Assembly (NCBI RefSeq): GCF_006345805.1
Contig: NC_043000.1
Location: 116,560,001-116,624,000, forward strand
DNA from: Octopus sinensis
Taxonomy: Eukaryota
DNA length: 64,000 nucleotides
Direction of reading: 5' to 3'
The position numbers were made by a program, and so were the translations under genes. This document shows, piece by piece, positions 52,160-64,000 of the stretch. Within the stretch, counting starts at the first letter, position 1. Each line of letters starts with the position of its first letter. The notes under the pieces were generated by a model that worked only from the letters and a program-made list of their open reading frames with translations, had not been told where the DNA came from and ran no database searches.

Positions 52160-52490
52160 TTTTAGAATGTTTCAGCTGTAAAGCTGCGGTCATGTTGGAG
52201 CACCACCCTTGACTGAGCTACACCATTATTTGAAACCTCTGATATGTGGCATTTGGTCAACGAAGGAGTGTGATGCTGCTGCCCTCATCTTTGTTTCCTG
52301 CCGTGAGGTAGGCTCCTCTGGAACGCGTAACAAGAAGAGATCCAGTTTTGTTTTAAAAACACTTGCATCCACACCATGCAGGACTCTCAGGCATTTTGGA
52401 AAGATATTAAAGAGCTGTGGGCCCTTGAGGCCCAAGTTGTTGCAGTATCTGATCTTATATTTTGATGGCGATGCTGGGACCTTTGGCACA
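52160..52490 (-). mobile_element. 3' end of a CR1-type LINE (ORF2 C-terminus plus 3' tail)
   Basis: KGPQLFNIFPKCLRVLHGVDASVFKTKLDLFLLRVPEEP is homologous to TGPSLFNIVPKEI..FKRSLDRFLQRIPDKP of the 60-62 kb element; tail GGTGGTGCTCCAACATGACCGCAGCTTTACAGCTGAAACA. Confidence 0.85.
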
Positions 52491-52504
52491 TATATACATA
52501 TTCA

Positions 52505-52557
<53 letters not shown>

Positions 52558-52982
52558 CGCACGCACACACACACACACACATACTAACAGTAATACCAGT
52601 CGTCGATCGGGCAATTTTACTCTTTCTCAGGAGCCACATTCAAAGTGTTATTACATATAGGAATTTACTCCTCCTGTATGTGTGCATTTTATATATCAAT
52701 ACAGTAATGGCAATTATATAATATACACGGCTTTGGTCGGCACGGAATTGTAATGAAAGAGAATTGCCCAACGTGCCTCAAAGTGGGACTGAACCCTAGG
52801 TGACATGACTGGAAAGTAAGCTTCTCAACCACACAGCCACGCCTATGAAGGAGAGATACATTTTGGATAATATACTCCATGACACATATGTGCTTAATAA
52901 CAAGATGGGATGTTTACGGCGAGAAGCCCTTTGATTTTAATATTTTCTCGACCAACGCAACAACTAACAATGCTACACCATA

Positions 52983-53340
52983 CAGGGTGTTCTACAATTA
53001 ACGATGTGTTTCAATGGAATTGATCTAATATAAAAAAAAAGAACTGACAGAATTTTATGTTTATTATAAAAAAAATACATATATAGATCTTATGTCAAAC
53101 TTTTATTGAATATCTTCGACTTGTCTGTTTTCCCTGCATTCTTCAAATCTCTCCTCAGCTTTGTGAAACACATTTTGAAGCGTTTCAGGAGTTAGCTCCT
53201 GCACTGCTAACTGAATATGTTCTTTAAGCTCAGTTAAATGATTGCTCCAACTTGGGGGTGGAGGTAAAGAAAATGATTGCTGCCAAATTGAAATAAGCTG
53301 TCATGGACAAATAAAAGGGGTCCAACAGGAATGTAAAAAA
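52983..53340 (-). mobile_element. Tc1/mariner-superfamily 3' end with transposase C-terminal remnant
   Basis: TA|CAGGGTG terminus; minus translation LTELKEHIQLAVQELTPETLQNVFHKAEERFEECREN..IQ* (53240 to 53103). Confidence 0.6.
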
Positions 53341-53841
53341 AAATATATACAAAATTCAAAATTTATACAGTTTTAACATATATATATATATATATATATA
53401 TATTATTTAAATATTATTTTTTAGGGAATAAAAATTCCGGCATAACAGGGGTTCAAATTATTCTCAATGAAGAAATATATTTTCATTTAGAGATATTAGG
53501 CCCCTACATCTCATCAAATAAAAAGAATTTTTATTTTTATTTTAAATAAAACAGTAGGTATTTAAAATATGAATAAAAATTATTTTTATATGGTGAGATG
53601 TAGGGGCCTACTGTCTCTAAATTAATATATATATATATATAATGTGGAACTACATTCGTATATGTATGTGCGTGTGCACAAGCGTGGCTATGTGGCGTGA
53701 AATTTACCTCCCAACCATATGGTTCCTGGTTCATTGCCACTGGGAAGTGTCTTCTACTACAGCCTCGGGCTGAGCAAAGCCTTGTAATTGGATTTGTTAA
53801 GCGTAAACTGACAGAATCCCGTCGTAAATAAATACATACAT

Positions 53842-53957
53842 GCTTCGTTACAACTTTGATATCTACATAACACACTTCATTAGATATTTGATATCTACAT
53901 AACACGCTTCGTTAGAAGTTTGATATCTATATAACACGCTTCATTACAAGTTTGCTA
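53842..53957. repeat. 32-bp tandem repeat, about 3.5 copies
   Basis: CTTCGTTACAACTTTGATATCTACATAACACA and variants. Confidence 0.85.
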
Positions 53958-54564
53958 TTAGCCAGAAGACAATAACTCATATTTTCCTCTAACGTGACAA
54001 GAACTGCTGTAACTGCAAATGTTTTATATCAACAACACAGTACGTACCCGCTCATGTACGGGTGTCAAGAAAATCATGTAGAATCATGCAATGTGTATAA
54101 ATGCACATCCTGCACACACATATAACAATAGCATTCTCAGCAGATTTTATAACTGAACAATGCTATTTACATATCATATGGCATATGAATATTTAATGCA
54201 GAAGGAACATTACAAAGGATTTAGTGGCCAAAGTACTTAGTTCAATGATTGGGTTTATTATAAAAGGCACTTTGAAACCAGCGTAGAGGTTCTCTTTTCA
54301 TCTTGGTCGTCTTCGTCGTCGTCGTCGTTCTAATCATCAAACGTCTGTTATTTCATGGTGGCATGGTTTGAAAACTACCGTAAGTGAGAGGAATGCATTC
54401 AGTGTTCCCTTTAGCATGGTTTCTACAACTGGAAGCTATTTCTAACGCGAACCACTTTGTACAGTGGATTTAGTGATCATGACAAAATATGTCATGATTT
54501 GTTCTTATAATTCTTAGGCAAAACAGAATTTATCTGAAATACTTAATCTAAATACCATTACGAA

Positions 54565-54732
54565 ATATATTGGTCGTGTGGTAAAAAGTTTGCATTTTCA
54601 ACCGCATGAAACTGTGTCTGGTCACACTGCGCGGCATCTTGGACTTCTAGTATAGTCTTCTACTATAGGGACAGGTTGACAAAAGCCTTCTGAGTTGCTT
54701 TGCTAGACGGAAGCTCGTCGTATATGTATGTA

Positions 54733-54766
<34 letters not shown>

Positions 54767-55015
54767 GTTTGTGCGTGTGGGTATGTGTGCGCACGCGCGA
54801 TGAGTGCGTGTGTCTGTGTTTGTCCTCCCCGTAGCTTCTCAACCGACATTTGTGTGTTTGTGTACCTGTAAGTTACTAGTTCGGTTAAAGAGTTCGGACG
54901 AGCAAGTACCTGGCTTTAAAAATATAAAAATAACTACTGGCGTCCATTCACTCGGCTAAGTTGCTCCAAGGCGGTGCCCCAGCATGAATACTGTCCCGTG
55001 CTTGAAACATTTAAA
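54565..55015 (+). mobile_element. Old SINE-A
   Basis: GTCGTGTGGTAAAAAGTTTG...(TG)n...GGCGGTGCCCCAGCATG..GAAACA; another 5' half at about 53665-53830. Confidence 0.7.
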
Positions 55016-55091
55016 AGTTAGAAGATATATATATATATATACGTAGAGAAATGTTATAGTGTTTATTTATATATGATCATATGTATGTATG

Positions 55092-55127
<36 letters not shown>

Positions 55128-55388
55128 TAAATATAGGGATGTTATTATTAAAATACCACCACGAGAGGTAAGCGAATTATTAGCCGTACAGGCAAATTAA
55201 TAAAATATATCAATACAATATTAAATATGTACATATATATATATACAAGGGTACTACATGAGTACCTATATCGCCAATGATATATATATATATATATATA
55301 TATAGTATATATATATATGTAGGTCCCGGGTTGATTCGGGGTTAACCACAGTAAATAAGGTACTCAATACATAGCAGAGTAAAATTAA

Positions 55389-55514
55389 TTTATTATATAG
55401 AAGGCGCTTCTACAGGACTAGAACTGTTTCATTCAAGAGAAATCTTCAGGGCCTCCTGAAGATTTCTCTTGAATGAAACAGTTCTAGTCCGTAGAAGCTC
55501 CTTCTATATAATAA
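55389..55514. repeat. Near-perfect 62-bp-arm palindrome of a Penelope-like terminal repeat (family P4); each arm carries CTGAAGA..GAAAC
   Basis: Arms 55389-55450 and 55455-55514, loop GCCT, one mismatch and one indel. Confidence 0.85.
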
Positions 55515-55587
55515 AATATATATATATATATATATAACATATACCAAGCCTTCACAAAAGTAAAAGATAGAGACAGAAAAAAGAAAA

Positions 55588-55687
55588 NNNNNNNNNNNNN
55601 NNNNNNNNNNNNNNNNNNNNNNNNNNNNNNNNNNNNNNNNNNNNNNNNNNNNNNNNNNNNNNNNNNNNNNNNNNNNNNNNNNNNNNN
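55588..55687. other. Assembly gap (100 N)
   Basis: Run of N. Confidence 1.
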
Positions 55688-56526
55688 ATATCTATTTCTA
55701 TACAGTCTGACACACATACATATACCACACACACACAACATATTTATGTGTATATGATTAATTGAAACTTACTCTCACGTGCGTATTAAGAATAATTTCT
55801 CTTTTAGTATTCGAAAAATGCAATAATTTTAAATAGATTTAATTTACATGTATATAGTATCCTACTGTAAATATCTTCCTATATTGCTAATTAATCATTT
55901 AATTGCATATGTTCCATTTGAATTAATGTCTGAAAAATAAGGAATACTTTATCATTTTTATCAACATTGATTAAATATGATGAGAAATGTATACAATTTG
56001 CTTTTAGTCTAGTGAAAAAGACCGTATCTATTTTGGTGATAAATGTTATAATTTAACTTAAATTCAATTAACGAAAATTCCTTGCCATAATCTCCATACA
56101 TACGTACGTACATACATACATACATACATAAATGCATGCATGCATACATACACACATACATACATACATACATACATACATACATACATACATACATACA
56201 TACACACATACATACATGCATACCTACACACATAAATGCATGCACACATACACATATACATACATAAATACATGCATACATACACACATACATACATACA
56301 TACATGCATGCATGCTTGCACACATACATACATACATACATACACATGTATATACATACATGCACACATATATATATACATACATACACACATACATATG
56401 TATATACATACATACATACACACATACATACATACATACATACTTACACACACACACATACATATCTACACTCATACATACATACTTACACACATACACA
56501 CACACATACATATCTACATACATAAT

Positions 56527-56960
56527 GTCATTATTCAGTTTTATTTCAAGGTTTCTTGCCAATAGAGAAAGACTCGGGTTCTAACCAGATTCAATGTTCT
56601 TTCATTGGAATTTCAACATCCACATCATGGTATTTTTGTATGTATGTATGTATGTATGTATGTATGTATGTACACGAACAGATTTGTATGTTTTGTGTTA
56701 TGTATGTCTTCTCGTGCATGTACTTGGATATCTAGATATGCTCATATGTATTTAAATAATAAACCTCCGGAAAGTTTTACAGATTTTCACAGTTCCAGTG
56801 ATAGCTTGGATCTTAGGCTTCGAATCTACTTTCTCTTTTCTAGTTTTCAGAAGCTTAATTTTTCAAGATTAGCAATTAGATAGTGTTTTACATATCTTAA
56901 CATCGCGATAATTGCAGGTAGAAACCTGAACTTGTAACCTGGATAGAGTAACTTAGACTC
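56527..56960 (-). mobile_element. Possible 3' end of a further RLE-type LINE embedded in (TACA)n
   Basis: Manual translation LLYPGYKFRFLPAIIAMLRYV..NLEKLSF*, frameshift, KIQAITGTVKICKTFRRFII*; positionally like the Dong C-terminus; putative UTR ends AATAAAACTGAATAATGACA. Confidence 0.35.
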
Positions 56961-57047
56961 ATTTGTTTTTGCATATCATGTTGTCTGCTGTTGGCGACGT
57001 TCTGTACACATGTATGCATATATACATGCATATATATATATATATGT

Positions 57048-57097
<50 letters not shown>

Positions 57098-57142
57098 GTG
57101 TGTGTGTATGTATGTATGTGTGTGTATGTATGTATGTGTGTG

Positions 57143-57173
<31 letters not shown>

Positions 57174-57216
57174 ATGTATGTATGTATGTGTGTGTATGTA
57201 TGTATGTGTGTGTGTG

Positions 57217-57263
<47 letters not shown>

Positions 57264-57648
57264 TCTCCAGATTTCAGAGTTTTCACTTTCCAGACTATAC
57301 GAAAGCTTGCGAATGGTTTTAGTTTCTCACATATCAAAGGGTGATACGCTCATAGACACGCAACCATTTATTCATTTATTTATACACATATTTCTACCTT
57401 ATAACATATACAAGGCCGAGAGTGTTTTGTATAGTTTACCTGACACATATTTGGCCTTCATTTCGTAGTTTGAATTAGAACAGAAAAAAAAACAAAAAAA
57501 AACTAGGAACAGTTTAAGATATGTGCTGATGTTAAATGTCAATAACGCGATTTAATGGAAAACGACAAACGTTATCCATCAATATGACAAACGCCTTGCT
57601 GGTTGTTTGAGAAAATTCCTTTCGAAAAGATGTTAGTGAAATAGTTAT

Positions 57649-57696
<48 letters not shown>

Positions 57697-58034
57697 GAAA
57701 ATAGTAAAAAGTGAAAAAAATACAGAAGGCTTGTTTTAAAAGGTTAAAAAATATATATTTGAGTCAATATGTCTGAAGAATGTTATAATTTTTTTCATAC
57801 AATGACATAGTTTAGAAGAAACCAACTTTCTCACCTATATATATATATATTATATATATGTATGCCCACACATTGATGAACATTATCACATGAGAAAGAA
57901 TTTATTTAAATCCATACTCATATATCAGTAGTTGACATCTTTTATATTATTCTGTAAATCATTGTGCAATGAAATATAAAATAAAATATTTGTGATAATA
58001 TATATATATATATATATAATATATATATATATAT

Positions 58035-58077
<43 letters not shown>

Positions 58078-58109
58078 ATATATATATATATTTATAGATG
58101 ATTTTGTGA

Positions 58110-58418
58110 ACGCGCGTGGCTTAGTGGTTGGGGCATTTTTGGCTCACGATCGCAAGTTTGTGAGTTCAATTCCCGGCGACCCGTTGTGTCCTTGAGTATG
58201 GCATTTTATTTCACGTTCCTTCAGTCCACTCAGCTGGCAAAAATGAGTAGTACCTGTATTTCTAACGTTCTATATTTCTAAGACGCTTGTCACAGTCTGT
58301 GTCATGCTAAATCTCCCTGAGAACTACGTTATGGGTCCACGTGTCTGTGGAATACTCAGCCGATTGCCCATTAACTTTGTGAGCAAGATGTTCTTTCGAT
58401 CGTAACCGACGGAGTGCT
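58110..58418 (+). mobile_element. SINE-D head joined to the SINE-C 3' module
   Basis: GCGCGTGGCTTAGTGG..GAGTTCAATTCC..CACTCAGCTGGCAAAAATGAGTAGTACCTGTATTTC..GAGAACTACGTTA..GTAACCGACGGAGTGC. Confidence 0.75.
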
Positions 58419-58422
58419 CCTC

Positions 58423-58462
<40 letters not shown>

Positions 58463-58471
58463 TACTATATA

Positions 58472-58506
<35 letters not shown>

Positions 58507-58593
58507 TTATTTACATATATGTGTGTGTGTGTCCGTGTATATATTCACACAAAATTAGCATACACGCATCACACATGTATATATAAATATATC

Positions 58594-58661
<68 letters not shown>

Positions 58662-58949
58662 CTGTATGCGTACTTACATGTTCATAAACATTTTTATTGT
58701 AATTTTTTTTACAGAAAGTTTGAGAGACGCAATAACCATATCTGATTTAGACATTCTAATCCCTCTTCATTATATATTTCCTGAATGCCTTTTCAGTTGA
58801 CGCGTCCCTTCTGTCAAAATAAAACTGTCTCCTTTAACACAATTAACCTCACGTATTCTAATTTAAAGCCTGCAATGAATTTAAATGTGTTCGCACTGTT
58901 TTTGCCATCTCGTCCAAACATTCCACCACCACCATCATTACATTAATAA

Positions 58950-59320
58950 TTCTTTCTATTATAGTCACAAGGCCTGAAATTATAGGGGTGGGGACCAGTA
59001 GATTACATCCACCCCAGTGCGTAACTGGTACTTAATTTATCGACCCCGAAAGAATGAAAGGCAAAGTCGACCTCTGTAGAATTTGAACTCAGAACGTAGC
59101 GGCAGACGAAATACCTATTTCTTTACTACCGACAAGGGGTTACACACAGTGAGGACAAACAAGGACAGACAGACGGATTAAGTCGATTACATCGACTCCA
59201 GTGCGTAACTGGTACTTATTTAATCTACCTCGAAAGGATGAAAGGCAAAGTCGACCTCGGCGGAATTTGAACTCAGAACGTAACGGCAGACGAAATACGG
59301 CTACGCATTTCGCCCGGCGA
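58950..59320 (-). mobile_element. SINE-B concatemer, 184-bp period
   Basis: GGCAGACGAAATAC at 59101 and 59285; same linker. Confidence 0.9.
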
Positions 59321-59489
59321 TACAAGGACAGCAATTTTGTAGTAGGTGTAAATCGGCCTCGGTGGAATTGGAATTCAGAATATAAGGACGAACGAAGACC
59401 CGGTAAGCAATTTTGTCCAGCGTCCTCACGATTCTTCCAGCCCGCCGCCTTAATAATAAAGAATATCATTATTATTAATAACAAGACTG

Positions 59490-59940
59490 AAGGCGGTGAG
59501 CTGGCAGAATCTTCAGCACGTCGGCCAAAAATACTTACCGGCTCTTCGATCGTCTTTATGTTCTGAGTTCAAATTCCGCTGAGGTCGACTTTACGTTTTA
59601 TCCTTTTGGGATCGATAAATTAAGTACCAGTTGAGTACTGAGGTCAATGTAATCGACGCTCAATCGCTCCCGAATTTGCTGGCCTTGTTCCAAAAATTGA
59701 AACCAATGTCATTAATAACAATGGTTTGAAATTTTGTCAGTGAGCCAGCTATGATTTTAAGGTGGAGAGGATAGTCGATTGTTTGACCTTAGTGCCCTAT
59801 TCCTTGTTATTTTCTTTTCCTTGAAAGGATGAATGGCAAAGCTGATCTCAATAGAAGTTGAACCCAGAACGTAAAGTGCCGGAAGAAATTCTGTAAAGCA
59901 ATTAGTCTGACGCGCTAACGATTCTGCAAGCTCGCCGCCT
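59490..59940. mobile_element. Two older SINE-B copies tail-to-tail (+ 59490-59705, - 59720-59940)
   Basis: Heads AGGCGGTGAGCTGGCAG and reverse complement CTGCAAGCTCGCCGCCT. Confidence 0.7.
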
Positions 59941-59996
59941 TGCTAACAATGATGATGATGATTAGGATAATGATGAGAGCAGTAGTAGGAGTGGTT

Positions 59997-60027
<31 letters not shown>

Positions 60028-60070
60028 TTATATTATTATTATTATTATTATATTATTATTATTATATTAT

Positions 60071-62229
60071 TAGATAAACTTAGATAAACTTAGATATGTT
60101 TCGACCAAAGATTGTTCCAGGCCATGTCTAACTTAATAGCACCACCTGATAGGATTATTTGAATTCTTTTTAAGTCAAGTTTTGTTTATGGTCCATTCAA
60201 GTAGTGAGTTTTTGTTGGGTGAGTTGTATCCAATTATGGGTGGCTTATCTGGTATTCTTTGAAGGAATCTATCCAGACTCCGTTTAAAGTTGATGGGATC
60301 CTTTTCTTCTTTGATCTCTTTCGGGACAATGTTAAATAGGGAAGGGCCTGTTGAGGAAAAGAAATTATTTTGCAGTGTACATGTATGCTGTGATCTTGAA
60401 TTGGGCAGGGGACGTATGGCCCGTGGTCCCAGTCTTGGATGAACCTTGAAGTTAATGTTCAGGAAAAGTTGGCGGTATATTCTCCACATCGTACAAATGA
60501 TGTACCGCTCACGGCGACGCTGGAGAGAGTAGAGTTTCAAGGCTTTAAGGCGATACCAATAATCGAGAGCAGCCATGACTTCAATTCGGTTAGTGAGTGC
60601 CCTCTGGGGTGATTCAATCCTCGAGATGTTTTGTCTTGTATGGGGAGACCACAGTGGGCAGCAGTATTCGAGGTGTGGCCGTACAAAGGAGTAGAAAAGT
60701 GGTATGATGACATCTTGTTCTCGGACCGGAAAGTTCTTAAGATCCAGGAACTCATCCTACGAGCTATATCGACCTTCTTGTTGATGTGTGCACTCCAACT
60801 GAGATCGTCGTCAACAATTACACCCAGGTCTCTGATATTGCTAGAGGCTGTGAGCGGTTCCCCTGAAGGAAGAGAGTATGGCTGTTTTAGTGAGGAATTT
60901 CTTCCAAAATGCATCAGCTCAAATTTTCCCTCATTCAGTTGCATTTTGTTTCTGTCTGCCCATTGACTCACAGCATATAGATCAGACAGGAGTTGAGTTC
61001 GGTCTGCTTCTTCATTGACGATTTGCTGGAACTTAGTGTCATCAGCAAATATTTTCACTTTGCAGTAATGTACGACACTGGAAAGGTCGTTTATGTAAAT
61101 TATGAAGAGTAGCGGACCCAAGACAGTCCCCTAGGGAACACCGCTGGTGACTCTTGCTGGGCTTGAGTGCACTCCATCAACTGCAACATGTTGTGTTCTA
61201 TTCGCCAGGAAGTACTTAATCCAGTGTAGAACTTTTCCACGGATTCCAATATTTGCCAATTTTGAGAGTAGGATATTATGGTCTACCCTGTCGAACGCTT
61301 TACTGAAGTCAAGTTATATGACATCAGAGTTCGAACCTCGTCCCAAGGCTTTGATTACATCTTCAATGTGGTGTAAGAGCTATATTAGACAGTTCCTGCC
61401 ACAGCGAAAGCCATGTTGATTTGCATTTAGGAGTTTGTGGGTGTCTAGGAAGTCAGCTATCCTTGATCTTAACACTCTTTCAAACACTTTAATGATGTGG
61501 GAGGTGAGTGAGATTGGGCGATAGTTGAGTGCGAGGGATCTGTTTCCCTGTTTGAAAACAGGGATGACTGCCTGGGATAGAAACTGTTTCGGTATATAAC
61601 CTGCGTCTAACGAATTTCTCCAGAGGTTGTTTAGAGAGACTGCAAGTTGGTGTCTACATTCCTTCAGGAGACAGGGCCTACAGCAGAGTAGTATTTGACC
61701 TCATTTATTGCTGCTATGATGTCAGTGGCAGTGAAGGTTATGTCTGAGATTTTATGTTGAGAATCAACTTCGTTCGCTTCTCTTACGTCAATATCAGTGG
61801 GAACACTGAAGACAGAGCAGTATTGTTTCTGCAGTATTTCTGCCATTTCTTTAGCATCGTGTTGGGGAATGCCGTTATCATCAATCAATGGCCCAATGGG
61901 TGAGACAGTGGTTCTATGTTTATTTGCATAAGAATAGAACACTTTTGGGTTATGTTTGATGTTTTTGATTACCCACTGTTCCTCCACAGCTCTTTGATTT
62001 TCAATGGAGGTTTTCATGTCGGTCTGCAGTTTTTCCAGCTCTAGCCTTTTCATTGTTTTTGAATGTGGATGTTGTGTGTGGGAATATTTTAATTGGTTGA
62101 TTTTTTTGTTGAGTCTTTTGATACGCCTGATGAGTGTTTTTTCCTTTTTAGGGAGCCGGTTTCTCTTTGTGTTAGTAGATTTCGTGGGAGCGTGTTTAGA
62201 GCATGAATAGGTGACAATGTTTTCAATGT
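60071..62229 (-). mobile_element. 5'-truncated CR1-type LINE ORF2 (RT and C-terminus), disabled
   Basis: NYRPISLTS, NQHGFR, LDFSKAFDRVDH, SGVP*GTVLGPLLF, FADDTK, RDLGVIVD, VRPHLEYC, LYSLQRRRER; three stops in 61130-61390 and frameshifts near 61665 and 60720; 3' tail with TAAGTTTATC tandem; no APE domain in this copy. Confidence 0.93.
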
Positions 62230-62244
62230 ATTATTATTATTATT

Positions 62245-63025
62245 ATTGTTATGGTTCAGCTCAGATTCCGTGTTATTCTTAGTAGGATACCTGTAATCTT
62301 AGGTATCCAAAAGTTTTCAGTTGCCTTTCAAATGCTTAGAACACTCCAGATAATCCTTACTGTCCCTAGAAGACAAGATTTCTACAGGAGCTCTACCGGA
62401 CATTTTATTCAAATCTCCTTCAGCCATTTGTCTATATCTATGCTTATTATTATAGGCACGGCCTTTACTGTTCGCATGCTGCAAATTCTTCGTATTTCAT
62501 ACTTTAAGGGATTCTATTTTTTTCTTCTTTCTTTACGATCCTGGAATCAAACAGGCATGATGGGTCGATAAGTAAGAAACTTCGTTTTTCTTATCTACTA
62601 CCATTATACCTTGTCTATTATTTTTTTAATTTCTCGTCCGTTTGAATAGGTAAGTCCCAGAGAATCTTACATTTCCCTGACTCCAGTACTCTTTCGATTA
62701 TTGCACCATTTTTTCCAGCTTCAAACCTTCATTTCTGGTACAGTTTATAGTATATAACTTTTACAAACTGGTCATGCCTCCATTTCTTATATTCTTCCCG
62801 TGCCAACTTGGGACATTCTGCAACAATATGTGTCACTGTCTCGCTCCAAGTTGCACAGACTACATTTTTCTGACACATTCACTCCATATATATTTTTTCT
62901 TAAATTGTTTTTATCGCTTGATCTTCGACTGCTAAAGTTACCCTTTCTGTTTCTTTTTATTTTGCCAATTTTTAAAAACCAATCCCAGGATTTTGTTCCA
63001 CATGCATGTTCAATGGCTCTCTAAA
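62245..63025 (-). pseudogene. Older, highly decayed R4/Dong-type 3' fragment
   Basis: Minus translation SWDW..KKETE..EDQAIKT, KCSLC..ETVTHIVAECPKLAREEYKKWRHD, KILWDLPIQTD, LGTVRII..VLSI*; 3' end runs into (TAA)n. Confidence 0.75.
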
Positions 63026-63047
63026 ATGATTATTAATGTTAATATTA

Positions 63048-63430
63048 AGGCGCAGGAGTGGCTGTGTGGTAAGTAGCTTGCTTACCAGCCACATGGTTCC
63101 GGGTTCAGTACCACTGCGTGGACCTTCGGCGAGTTACTTTTACTATAGCCTTAGGCCGACCAAAGCCTTGTGAGTGGATTTGGTAGACGGAAACTGAAAG
63201 AAGCCCGTCGTATGTGTGTGTGTGTGTGTGTGTTTGTGTGTGTGTATTTGTGTGTGTTTGTGTGTGTCTGTTTGTCCCCCCAATATCGCTTGACGACCGA
63301 AGCTAGTGTGTTTACGTCCCCGTAACTTAGCAGTTCGGCAAAAGAGACCGATAGAATAAGTACTGGGCTTACAAAGAATAAGTCCTGGGGTCGATTTGCA
63401 CGATTAAAGGCGGTGCTCCAGCATGGCCAC
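63048..63430 (+). mobile_element. Young SINE-A
   Basis: Near-consensus from AGGCGCAGGAGTGGCTGTGTGGTAAG to GGCGGTGCTCCAGCATGGCCAC. Confidence 0.92.
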
Positions 63431-63433
63431 GAC

Positions 63434-63466
<33 letters not shown>

Positions 63467-64000
63467 GATGATGATGATAGTCGAACATTTAATGACAATG
63501 ATTTCTAACATAAGACGAATACAACGCCATTTGCTCTAACCATATTATCTACTGGTTACAATCAAAGACCAAGAACGATTGAAGCTTTAAGATAATCCCA
63601 GCAAGCTTTGAATGTGACGTATCAAAATTGAACAAACTATGCAAATATAGCGTCTTGTTATAAGCATAAGATCATTAAATTTGAGCTTAATTGGCATTTA
63701 TGGGCAGATGTAAGATTTCTTAGATGTGGGATAAGAAAAAGCAAAGAAGTCGTCAGAAGATCAGGACGACAAAGAAACGAATCTATTTGTGCTTAAATTC
63801 CAGTTTCTTTTGGATCTACCACGGTAATAAATATTCAGCTATATTAATGGGAAATGAAAATTAAAATACAGGAAATAAGATATACATTGATGGATTATGA
63901 AAATAAAAAAAATATTTGGATTCAGTTTTTTTTTTCTAATAGAAGTAATATTAAAAAGGAATGCAAATTATTAATCCATATATAGGATTTTCAAAGTCAA

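Overview
AT-rich, microsatellite-saturated eukaryotic DNA. The SINE families and repeat landscape look like an octopus (coleoid cephalopod) genome; this is inference from recognised repeats, not a database hit. I could not support any intact host protein-coding gene, rRNA, tRNA or CRISPR array, so the window reads as intergenic or deep intronic. Almost all ORF-track entries are translations of (TA)n, (CA)n, (TACA)n, (TAA)n and (TAG)n tracts. The real coding remnants all come from transposons: a 5'-truncated R4/Dong-type RLE LINE (40517-43190, minus), a 5'-truncated CR1-type LINE (60071-62229, minus), an older Dong fragment, a CR1 3' end, fragmented RTE fossils, and mariner/Tc1 and Penelope scraps. 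There are also dozens of tRNA-derived SINEs (called SINE-A to SINE-D here), non-autonomous Helitrons and several MITEs. Five observations stand out. (1) Several (TA)n-associated Penelope-like terminal repeats carry minimal type I hammerhead-ribozyme-like folds, including a family with an atypical CUGUNGAA core. (2) A SINE-B concatemer with an exact 184-bp period recurs at four dispersed loci and appears to have moved as a unit. (3) SINE-A and a CR1 LINE share a covarying 3' stem-loop. (4) A long-TIR element occurs twice with its central spacer flipped. (5) Dong elements sit in (TAA)n tracts seeded by SINE tails. There is a 100-N scaffold gap at 55588-55687.
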